From Geotalea uraniireducens Rf4 (GTDB lineage Bacteria; Desulfobacterota; Desulfuromonadia; Geobacterales; Geobacteraceae): 32,000 nucleotides of DNA. The notes under the pieces were generated by a model. That model made no database searches and was not told the DNA's origin. It saw only the letters and a program-made list of their open reading frames with translations. The stretch is from contig NC_009483.1 in NCBI RefSeq assembly GCF_000016745.1, positions 3,660,001 through 3,692,000 on the forward strand. The letters run 5' to 3'. Below are positions 17,311-24,982 of the stretch, piece by piece; positions within the stretch are counted from its first letter, which is position 1; each line of letters opens with the position of its first letter. The position numbers and the translations under genes were made by a program.

Positions 17311-18183
17311 ATGATGAACGACTGGTACGAAAGATCGATGAAGGCGCTGCAACTCGCTGGGCTAGCGGAGGGCTCGCAGCAATGCTACACCCGTGCTGTG
17401 CGCATGCTTGTGCTGTTCTACGACAAGACCCCCGACCTGATTTCCGAGGAGGAACTTCAGGAATACTTCCTCCACCGCAGAAACGTCGACAAGTGGTCCT
17501 CCGGGACTCTGCGCATCTGCTACTGCGCGATCCGCTTCTTCTTCGAGAAGGTCCTTCGCCGCGACTGGCACATCTTCGGCTACCTCAAGGCCGAGCGCTC
17601 CAAGAAGCTCCCCGCCGTACTCTCCCAGGAGGAGATCGCCCGCATCCTTTCCTGCGTGCGCACTCCCCACAACCGCGCCTACCTGTTCACCGTCTACTCC
17701 TGCGGACTGCGCCTCCAGGAGGGGCTGCATCTGGAAGTGGGGGACATCGACAGCGACCGCATGCTCATCCATGTGCACCGCGGCAAGGGGGCCAAAGACC
17801 GCATGGTGCCCCTGCCGCCCCCGACCCTGGCGGTGCTGCGCGAGCACTGGAAGTCGCACAAGAACCCGCGCCCGATCTTTCCCGCTCTGGGGTGCGGGGA
17901 CAAGCAGGGCGCGACCGCTGAATCTCCCTTGGCCATAACCACCGTCGTTGGCGCCATGAAGGATGCGGTGCGCCAGGCCGGCATCACCAAGCGCTCCGTG
18001 CACATCCATACGCTTAGGCATTATGCCACGCACCTCCTGGAGGAGGGGGTGAACCTGCGGGTGATCCAGCGCTACCTCGGCCATTCGTCGATCGAGACGA
18101 CCATGGTCTATCTCCATCTGACCCGCAAGGGGCATGATGACGCCGTCCAGATCATCAACCGCCTCATGGGGGAGATCCGCTGA
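17311..18183 (+). CDS. Tyrosine recombinase (phage integrase family), translationally coupled to the IS91 transposase
   Basis: 290 aa with AGGAGAAGGG RBS. Catalytic region includes GLRLQEGLHLEVGDID, HTLRHYATHLLEEG and LGHSSIETTMVYLHL. The TGA stop overlaps the next ATG (TGATG). Confidence 0.9.
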   Translation: MMNDWYERSMKALQLAGLAEGSQQCYTRAVRMLVLFYDKTPDLISEEELQEYFLHRRNVDKWSSGTLRICYCAIRFFFEKVLRRDWHIFGYLKAERSKKLPAVLSQEEIARILSCVRTPHNRAYLFTVYSCGLRLQEGLHLEVGDIDSDRMLIHVHRGKGAKDRMVPLPPPTLAVLREHWKSHKNPRPIFPALGCGDKQGATAESPLAITTVVGAMKDAVRQAGITKRSVHIHTLRHYATHLLEEGVNLRVIQRYLGHSSIETTMVYLHLTRKGHDDAVQIINRLMGEIR

Positions 18184-19280
18184 TGGGCGCCATAGCCGAG
18201 ATCTTCCGCGAGTTCGCCCCCGAATACCTGCGCCGCTTCGGCGACGCCATGCCGCCGGAGCACAGGAAGGTGATCGACGCCATCCTTTTGTGCCGCACCG
18301 AGGAGAACGGCAGCGTCGTCTACCGCTGCGAGGAGTGCGGCCTGAACCACATCCTGAACCGCTCCTGCGGCAACCGGCACTGCCCCCAGTGCCAGAGCCA
18401 CAAGACTACGCAGTGGCTGGAGCGGCAGATGGAGCGCATGCTTCCGGGGCACCACTTCATGCTTACCTTCACCGTGCCCGAGGAGTTGTGCGACTTCATC
18501 CGTTCCCACCAGAGGCTCTGCTACGCTGCGCTCTTCGCCGCCTCCTCGGCGGCGATGAAGAAGCTCTGCCTCGACCCCAGGCACGTGGGGGGCGATCTGC
18601 CGGGCTTCTTCGGCGTCCTGCACACCTGGGGCCGGCAGCTCCAGTACCATCCCCACATCCACTACGTGGTCCCCGGCGGAGCGATCTCCACGGCCGACGG
18701 CAGCTGGCGGCGCAGCGGCGAGCATTTCTTCCTGCCGGTCAAGGCCCTCTCCAGTATCTTCCGCGCCAAGTTCCGCGAAAGTATCGAGAAGGCGGGGCTT
18801 CTGGCCGAAGTTCCCAAGGAGGCGTGGCTAAAGCCCTGGAACGTGAACTCACAGGCGGTGGGCGCGAGCGAGGCGAGCATCAAGTACCTGGCGCCCTACG
18901 TCTTCCGGGTGGCCATCTCCGACCACCGCATCGTGAAGGTGGAAGACGGCAGGGTCTTATTCCGGTACCGGAAACAGAAGAGCAACCGGGAGCGCACCAT
19001 GGCGTTGGATGCCATGGAGTTCCTGCGCCGTTTTCTCCAGCATGTGCTCCCCACCGGCTTTATGAAGGTGCGCTACTACGGCTTCCTGAGCCCGAACGCG
19101 GCCGTATCGCTTGAGGAAGTGAGGACGAAGATCGAACTCGCCTACGGCTTCGACGTACCGGAGCACGAGATGGAACCGAAGCCGAAAGCTGCCCTCACCT
19201 GCCGAGGATGCGGCAGCTTGGTGCGGTACCTGTTCGTAAATCTCCCGGCAAAAAGGTGGCCGTCTGGACCGTCGGGATAG
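18183..19280 (+). CDS. IS91-family rolling-circle (Y2/HUH) transposase
   Basis: The zinc-binding N-terminus is CEECGLNHILNRSCGNRHCPQCQ. HUH region is HTWGRQLQYHPHIHYVVPGG. Also present are YLAPYVFRVAISDHRIV and RYYGFLS. Confidence 0.92.
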   Translation: MGAIAEIFREFAPEYLRRFGDAMPPEHRKVIDAILLCRTEENGSVVYRCEECGLNHILNRSCGNRHCPQCQSHKTTQWLERQMERMLPGHHFMLTFTVPEELCDFIRSHQRLCYAALFAASSAAMKKLCLDPRHVGGDLPGFFGVLHTWGRQLQYHPHIHYVVPGGAISTADGSWRRSGEHFFLPVKALSSIFRAKFRESIEKAGLLAEVPKEAWLKPWNVNSQAVGASEASIKYLAPYVFRVAISDHRIVKVEDGRVLFRYRKQKSNRERTMALDAMEFLRRFLQHVLPTGFMKVRYYGFLSPNAAVSLEEVRTKIELAYGFDVPEHEMEPKPKAALTCRGCGSLVRYLFVNLPAKRWPSGPSG

Positions 19281-19570
19281 CGGCCTCCCGGAAGTTCCCA
19301 CTCAATGTGCCAATGATCAGCGCCTCTCTGCAGCGGAGATAGGGGCGTTACCGGTGAAGTGCGTCCTGTGCTCGGCGAAGCCGCCGTGAAAGGAGCTGGT
19401 GACGGCAACAATTGGCGCATCTCGGCATCAAATATCGCCGATCCGGGCTCTATGCAGGATGCCGCGACGGCAAGCTCCCCCCTCAACTCCTCTCCACAGC
19501 AGTAGCCTGTTGAACCATTCCCCATATAGAAAGAACGGTGCCAGCCAGGGCCGGGCTTCTTGAACAATGA

Positions 19571-19599
19571 ATTGAACCGACCTTGCAGGTCGGTTCAAT
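19571..19599. other. Perfect 12-bp stem hairpin downstream of the IS91 transposase; candidate IS91 end structure
   Basis: attgaaccgacc-ttgca-ggtcggttcaat. It contains GTTC and CTTG tetranucleotides. No T-tract follows, so it does not look like a terminator. Confidence 0.4.
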
Positions 19600-19648
19600 C
19601 CTTAATCGTTGGATGGTGAGTACGTAGTATGCAGTAAACAAGAAAGTA

Positions 19649-19668
19649 ACCTGTACTTTTAGCCAGCT
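19649..19668 (+). promoter_or_regulatory. lux-box-like 20-bp dyad upstream of the luxI homolog
   Basis: ACCTGTACTTTTAGCCAGCT. The left arm ACCTGTA equals the left arm of the classical lux box as I recall it, and the CT-N12-AG spacing is satisfied. The centre lies ~62 bp before the ATG, with TATTTT -10 candidates at 19680-19690. Confidence 0.5.
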
Positions 19669-19720
19669 GATATTAATTGTATTTTATTTTACCCTCCAGC
19701 GAACCGTAGGGGGGGTAAGT

Positions 19721-20470
19721 ATGAAAATTTCAAGAGCAAGATTGTTGCCAAGTAGCTGGCAAAAACCGCAATCGTCAATACTTTTCTCGGAGAGCAATTT
19801 CAAGGTCAAATACATTAAGAGTGAAAAAGATAAAGTAATGTCTTATCAATTAAGGCATAGAATTTTTTGTAACGAGTTAAAGTGGGTACCAAGAAGAGAG
19901 GACAGTCAGGAAGTTGATAGTTATGACAAGGATGCAACAAGTATAGGAGTGTATAATGAAGCTGGAAATCTAGTTTCGATGGTAAGAATTATAGTTTCTG
20001 ATAATACCTTCATGCTTGAGAAAGAATTTCCGTTTCTCCTTGAGGACGGTTATAATCTCCGCAAAGAAAGGGACACAGTGGAACTTTCCAGGCTGTGCGT
20101 TGCCCCAGAGGCAAGAAACGCCACTTTTGCAGACAACTTTGGACTTCACGTCATATCGATGCTTCTTTACAAGGGGGTCTATCATTGGTGTCTGGCTAAC
20201 ACTGTGCGCTACATATACATGGTCGTGGAGCAGAGGGTTTACCGGCTGTTATGTGCAAAGGGCTTTCCCTGCAAACTAGTTGGCGCCCCCGTAGTCATGC
20301 CGGACGGAGTGGAAGCTGTTGCAGCGATTCTTGATTGGCGGGAGTTTGAGATGGTAAATATCGTGAGACGGCCGAAACTTTTGGAATGGTTCAGTCGATA
20401 TCAATCAAGCCGACCGACAAAGCTACGGCAACAGCGTGGATCCGACTCACTGCATCAAGCTTTCTCATGA
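19721..20470 (+). CDS. luxI: LuxI-family acyl-homoserine-lactone synthase homolog
   Basis: LRHRIFCNELKWVPRREDSQEVDSYDKDATSIGVYNEAGNLVSMVRII carries the conserved R, F, W, E, D, D and R positions of autoinducer synthases. ELSRLCV is also present. A GGGGGG RBS precedes the ATG. Confidence 0.8.
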   Translation: MKISRARLLPSSWQKPQSSILFSESNFKVKYIKSEKDKVMSYQLRHRIFCNELKWVPRREDSQEVDSYDKDATSIGVYNEAGNLVSMVRIIVSDNTFMLEKEFPFLLEDGYNLRKERDTVELSRLCVAPEARNATFADNFGLHVISMLLYKGVYHWCLANTVRYIYMVVEQRVYRLLCAKGFPCKLVGAPVVMPDGVEAVAAILDWREFEMVNIVRRPKLLEWFSRYQSSRPTKLRQQRGSDSLHQAFS

Positions 20471-21158
20471 CATTATCGACATGGAACTTCACGGTCCGCT
20501 CGCTTATGGCAAGAATAGTAGAGATGTCCCAGGAGCTCTTGCCTTTCTTGATCCAGTTGAGCACCTCTCTTTCACGGATGGTAATGGTGGTTGATATCTT
20601 GCCTTTTTTCTCAACTGATAGGACTTGGCGAAAGGCTTGGTGAAGGTGAGGGGCAAGGAGATTCAGAACCAGTTCGTTGCGTGGCTCCTTCTTGATGGGG
20701 CCTGAAATGGAAAAGATACACCCTTCGGTCCTGAAACTATTGGTGATGCCAATTGCATAACCGTCTACGAGACGAAAGTCTAGAGCTGCTGAAAGGAACT
20801 TCGCCTCTACATCATAGGTATTGAAAGTATCTTTCCAGTACTGCAAGCTGTAATTCTTGAAATTTTCCGTTGTAATCGGATCCAGCAAATGAAAGTTGTT
20901 GGTCCGATAGGCGTCGAGCCATTCAGCGGGGTAGGAGAAATTTAGTGTCTCATAGGCAGTTATGCAGCCGTGGTGGTTCAATTTAGCTAGACCGTAGACT
21001 GCATGGTCGAAACCGATGAGATCTCTGGTTTTATTTGCAATACTCCCTGCTTCTGTTACGTTTGAGCAAGAAACGCACGAGTTGACAATCTCAAGCAGGA
21101 GGAAACAATCCTTTTTGGATAAAATCTCTGCTGCGCTGAACATAACTCCTCCAATCAT
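20391..21158 (-). CDS. luxR: LuxR-family regulator (autoinducer-binding domain plus LuxR HTH)
   Basis: The ligand-domain strings are SYPAEWLDAYRTNNFHLLDPI...YW. The C-terminal HTH is REREVLNWIKKGKSSWDISTILAISERTVKFHVDNVMRKL. An alternative start at 21143 has a GGAGGAG RBS. Confidence 0.88.
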   Translation of the reverse strand: MIGGVMFSAAEILSKKDCFLLLEIVNSCVSCSNVTEAGSIANKTRDLIGFDHAVYGLAKLNHHGCITAYETLNFSYPAEWLDAYRTNNFHLLDPITTENFKNYSLQYWKDTFNTYDVEAKFLSAALDFRLVDGYAIGITNSFRTEGCIFSISGPIKKEPRNELVLNLLAPHLHQAFRQVLSVEKKGKISTTITIREREVLNWIKKGKSSWDISTILAISERTVKFHVDNVMRKLDAVSRIHAVAVALSVGLIDID

Positions 21159-21276
21159 ATCATATTAGATCATGTCATGTACCCGCGGCAAAGCCGGGGG
21201 CTTGAGTTGAGCAAGCCATTTAGATAGAGAAAAACGCCTATATATCACCACGTGATATCGCAAGAGATAATCATGC

Positions 21277-21573
21277 GTGGGAACGACACAGCAAAGAGAA
21301 GCTCTATCCGACGAACACTTCAGCGTAGACGGCACCCTCATCGAGACATGGGCTTCCATCAAGAGTTTTCAACCCAAGGATGGGCCGAAGTGCCTGGCCG
21401 ACCATTTCGGCCACGACCTGGAGGTAAGGTTTCCACATGTCAGTGTGCAGATGAAGCGAAACAATGACGAGCGTTCCCCCGAACCGAATTCCTGGAAGAG
21501 ACCCTTCAATATCTTCCGGGTACGATCTTTACCAACTCAGAGCAGCCTCTTGCAACCGGAATCTACGTGGTAG
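21277..21573 (+). pseudogene. IS5/IS1182-type transposase fragment
   Basis: LSDEHFSVDGTLIETWASIKSFQPKDG is a hallmark internal block of these transposases. Both the N-terminal and DDE C-terminal parts are missing or degenerate. Confidence 0.65.
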
Positions 21574-21808
21574 ACCGGTTCAGGAATTTTTCGCTCTTCT
21601 TTCGCCAGCAGATTTCGTCTGCCGACTGCGGTAAAGTGATTTTTCCCTTCTGCCCAAGGGATTCGTTCCGTTTTATGCCGCAGACTCGTCGCCTAGCGTA
21701 GAGGAAAATACTGCAATGCCCAACAACAAATCAAACATCCGCTTTATTAACACGAGTCATAAATTAACACAAGCTACTTTATCGTTACAAATGTAACTCA
21801 TCAAATCT

Positions 21809-21875
21809 GGGAGGAGGCGGCCGTTAGGCCACCCCCTCCCAACAGAACCGATCGTACCGGCCAGGTAAGCCGCTC
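21809..21875 (-). ncRNA. Possible group II intron domain V / domain VI remnant
   Basis: On the minus strand, ~30 nt after the maturase stop, lies GAGCGGCUUACCUGGCCGGUACGAUCGGUUC. It has the AGC triad, a 2-nt 3'-side bulge and two mismatches. After a 4-nt linker comes a 14-bp hairpin that is fully paired only as minus-strand RNA (two G-U pairs). Confidence 0.35.
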
Positions 21876-21906
21876 TTCGATTAGTGATTGAAGTTGTTTC
21901 ACAAGG

Positions 21907-22299
21907 TTACATCGTGAAGTCATTGAGAAATACCAGCCCTTGCGCCCTGAACCAGTAGAGGCTCATCACAAATCGAACCTCTTTGCGATTCACGGATCGC
22001 CACCTGTTCATCTTGACCCAAATCTTATGAGCGTCTTCGGGTTTGTATCCCGAACGGATCATCATCCGCTGGAACTTATGCGGCTTTTTCCATTTCTTCA
22101 GCTGTGTGGAACGAAGCCGACTTCGAATCCATGAATCAAGGTCTCTGAATATGTTCTTGAACTCCTGGATTCTGAAGTAATTCACCCATCCCCTTAGGTA
22201 CTCGTTCAGGCTCTGGATCAGCTGGTACATCGACAACGGGTTGTTTCTTTTAGTCAGCTCCCGGACTTTTCTCTTGAACTTAGTCCGCGCTTTCCCACT
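21907..22299 (-). pseudogene. Group II intron reverse transcriptase/maturase, C-terminal part (interrupted by IS1595)
   Basis: SGKARTKFKRKVRELTKRNNPLSMYQLIQSLNEYLRGWVNYFRIQEF is a typical domain X/maturase sequence. The frame continues across the IS1595 insertion into 23531-23779. Confidence 0.8.
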
Positions 22300-22394
22300 C
22301 GGACCTATAACCCAAACAAAGGCTGCCTGATGGTAACTACGACATAATCTGTCACGGTACCAGGTTATGATCCCACCTCAAAGGAGGAGGGACC

Positions 22395-23483
22395 ATGACT
22401 GCTGATGAACTTCGAGCGATGCTGCCAAACGAGAAAGCTTGCCGCCGCTTTCTCGAAGAGATGATCTGGAAAAACGGCCGAGTATGCCCCCATTGTGGGT
22501 GCATGGAGTCGTGGGCCATTGAGGGTCCCTCAGCTCGCCCTGGTCTTTACGAGTGTTCAGGGTGCCGGCTCCAATTCACGGTGACCACCAAAACACCGAT
22601 GCACGGCACCAAACTCAAGCTATTACTCCGGCAATTAAACATCACAATCCTGATGTAGGGGCACGGCGCGCCGTGCCCCGATTGGGCGAGGCAAGCCTGG
22701 CCCCTACCGTTCACATGTTTAATTGCCGCAGTAATATGGATCTGGATCCTCGGCATGTACTACATGGTCCATTCCAGCAAAGGAGTTTCCTCCGTCTTCA
22801 TGGGCCGCTGGCTAGGTATCTCACAGAAGACCGCCTGGAAGCTCTGCCACTCAATCCGGGAAATGATGGATACCAGCCACGAGAATTTCCCCGCGGTTGG
22901 CGGTGTCGTCGAGATTGACGAGAAATTCCTTGGTGGCAAGCCCCGCAAAGAGAAGGGTGTGGTCCACAAGCGTGGCAAAGGGACCAGAAAGCAGGGCATT
23001 CTTGTCATGGTCAAACGCCATGGCATCGTCAGAGCTGAACTGATCGATAGCGCCAGTATCGAGGACATCCGACCCCATGTTGAACGACACGTGGACAAGG
23101 ATTCGTACCTTATGACGGATCAGAACCCGGCATACCGATCAATTGCAGCGAAATATGCGGGACACTCGTATGTTAACCATAGCTACGATGAGTTCGCCAG
23201 AGGTGAAGTCCATAACAACACCGCGGAATCCTTTAACGCCCAGCTCGAACGTACAAAGCAGGGGGTGTTTCACTGGCTTAGCAAGGACCACATGAAACGC
23301 TACATCAACGAGATCGCGTTTCGCTGGAATCACCGGTTGCCGGAGAAGAATAGAAAAGGCAAGATCGTGATGAAACCAATGCCTGTATTGACACTGTTGG
23401 AGTCGCTCCTGGGCTGCGCCGTCTGGAGGGGGATCAGAAGGACACCCAACGGCAGTTTCAGAGTTTGCTCCAACTATGTATGA
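22395..23483 (+). pseudogene. IS1595-family transposase, split by a ~100-bp insertion that carries an in-frame TAG
   Basis: The Zn-ribbon part (CPHCGCMESW...YECSGCRLQFTVTTKTPMHGTKLKL) and the DDE part (YYMVHSSKGVSS...VVEIDEKFLGG...) are in the same reading frame. The intervening 22629-22728 has no homology logic and contains TAG at 22656-22658. Confidence 0.85.
22629..22728. repeat. MITE/REP-like palindromic insertion inside the IS1595 transposase gene
   Basis: 14-bp perfect terminal inverted repeats: cggcaattaaacat / atgtttaattgccg. Inner inverted pair: gtaggggc / gcccctac. A 22-bp perfect GC-rich palindrome, ggggcacggcgcgccgtgcccc, lies at 22658-22679. Confidence 0.7.
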
Positions 23484-23530
23484 GTACAACAGAATCTGAT
23501 GAATGAACCTTTGTTTGGGTTATAGGTCCG

Positions 23531-23779
23531 TTCCCACTGACCCGGATTTTACCTCTGAGTATCTGAAAACTGATATGGTTGTCAGTTGTCAAGATGATAA
23601 AAGTACTCCTGTCCACTTTTACAAGCGGTTATGCTGGTACGTATATTCCAGGGTATATGCCGGGGCAGAACCTATTAGCGACGTTTTATCATTCTGATAT
23701 ACGCGGGTTGGTTTTTGCAAGACCTGTCTTCGTCGCGGAGCTGCCTCTGTCTAATTGCGGGAGTTCGGCAAGCCTTATC
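23531..23779 (-). pseudogene. Upstream fragment of the same group II intron RT, degenerate and cut off by the truncated IS110
   Basis: After conceptual removal of IS1595 plus one TSD copy, the frame reads ...ISFQILRGKIRVSGKARTKFK. Further upstream there are stops and only faint RT-like residues. Confidence 0.5.
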
Positions 23780-24577
23780 CTATAGGGAAGGAACAAGGCC
23801 GAGATACGTCATGAGCTTCTTGGGGTGATCGAACCTCGTAAGGTCGCCAATCTCCGCTACTGTAGTTGCTGCCACGATGAGGGAAACTCCCCGGAGCGCT
23901 TGCAGTGCCTTGACAACGGGAGCCATGCGCCAAGTGGGAACCAGCGTCTCAATCTGCTGGGTGAGTCGTTCTACTCGTGCAGTGGCTTCTTTAATGGTGT
24001 TTATATATTCTTGGAACACCACCTGTTGCGCTGGCATAGGCATCTTCTGATCGGCGAGCCAGTTAAAGTGCAGTTTTGTCCAGTTATCCTTTGGATACCT
24101 GAAGCCTAAGCGAAGCAGCATGCCACCTAATTGTTGTTTCGATATACGCTGTGCTTTTTTGGCGTCCTCCCTCGCGCGAGTGAGGTCACGCATGGCCTCG
24201 TCATCCGTACGGGGTACGAACACGTAGGTCAATTCTCCGGCACGGTGAAGGCGAGCAAGCATCATGGCGTCATGACGATCCGTCTTGATCCGGTCAGCAG
24301 GGCTCTTGGGTATATGTGCAGGTGACACCACGGCACAGTCAAAATTTTTGTCTGTCAAGAAGCGAAAAATATCATAACCGCAGGGACCGGCTTCATACAC
24401 GAAACGGAGTTCCTTACTCGTAGAGGCCAGCTTCTTTACCAGACGATCAAGATCGTCAAGTCCTCCACCGATAGTCCTATAATGCCTTACCTCGGCATTG
24501 CGACCGGCATCGGCAAGGGCCACACTAATCGAGTTTTTGTGTACATCGAGACCAACAAATGTGATAAGCTTTTCCAT
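23780..24577 (-). pseudogene. IS110-family transposase, 3'-truncated
   Basis: N-terminal DEDD domain (FVGLDVHKNSISVALAD, YEAGPCGY, VVSPAHIP, KTDRHDA). The start of the C-terminal domain is present (LQALRGVSLIVAATTVAEIGDLTRF...YLGLVPS). The ORF then ends where family members continue by about 70-80 aa. Confidence 0.8.
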
Positions 24578-24982
24578 GACCTGCCTCCTTGGTTGTGGCT
24601 CTGCGCCGTGGTGATTTTAGTTTCCACAGCATAACCCACGTTTGCAAGGATGGCAGGTCTTTTTGTTTCTACGTTTCAACTGACAACCATTATGTCTAGA
24701 AAGTCGAACGTTCCCGGTTTATCACCGGTCTTTGCCAGGTCAGCACGTACGAAACGCCCACAGCGCATAAGCCGCGTCTTTTCCTCCGCCAATTCCAGTC
24801 CGAAAACCATCAGTTTACATTATTGCATTTTTTAAAATGCCAGTGCCGGGGTTCGATCCAGGCATTTTTTGCTCCTGCCATTTTTTCTTCGGATTCGCCC
24901 AAAAGCGCCTTCCCCCCCTCGTGATTATATATGCAGGGGATTCGAATCTCCCTTAATCTGCACCAAAAAGGAGGAGGTATTC

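Larger units (their letters stand above)
22300..23530 (+). mobile_element. IS1595-family insertion sequence with perfect 23-bp inverted repeats and an 8-bp target duplication
   Basis: IRL is cggacctataacccaaacaaagg (22300-22322). IRR is cctttgtttgggttataggtccg (23508-23530), an exact reverse complement. TTCCCACT is duplicated at 22292-22299 and 23531-23538. Confidence 0.9.

Noticed and set aside
17362-19114. Long alternative-frame and antisense ORFs (17362-18135 minus, 17382-17921 plus, 18108-18725 minus, 18134-19114 plus) across the integrase and IS91 genes
   Set aside because: The integrase and IS91 frames carry diagnostic catalytic motifs. The alternatives are Arg/Pro/Gly-rich GC artefacts.
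19142-19567. 141-aa minus-strand ORF downstream of and overlapping the IS91 transposase
   Set aside because: No RBS, no recognisable motif, and it overlaps the transposase 3' end. It is probably noncoding IS-end sequence.
24869-24982. N-terminal 38-codon extension of the ParM-like ORF as given in the ORF track
   Set aside because: The extension has no RBS, while ATG 24983 is preceded by AAGGAGGAGG. ATG 24983 gives the canonical MDVLVCDLG phosphate-1 start.
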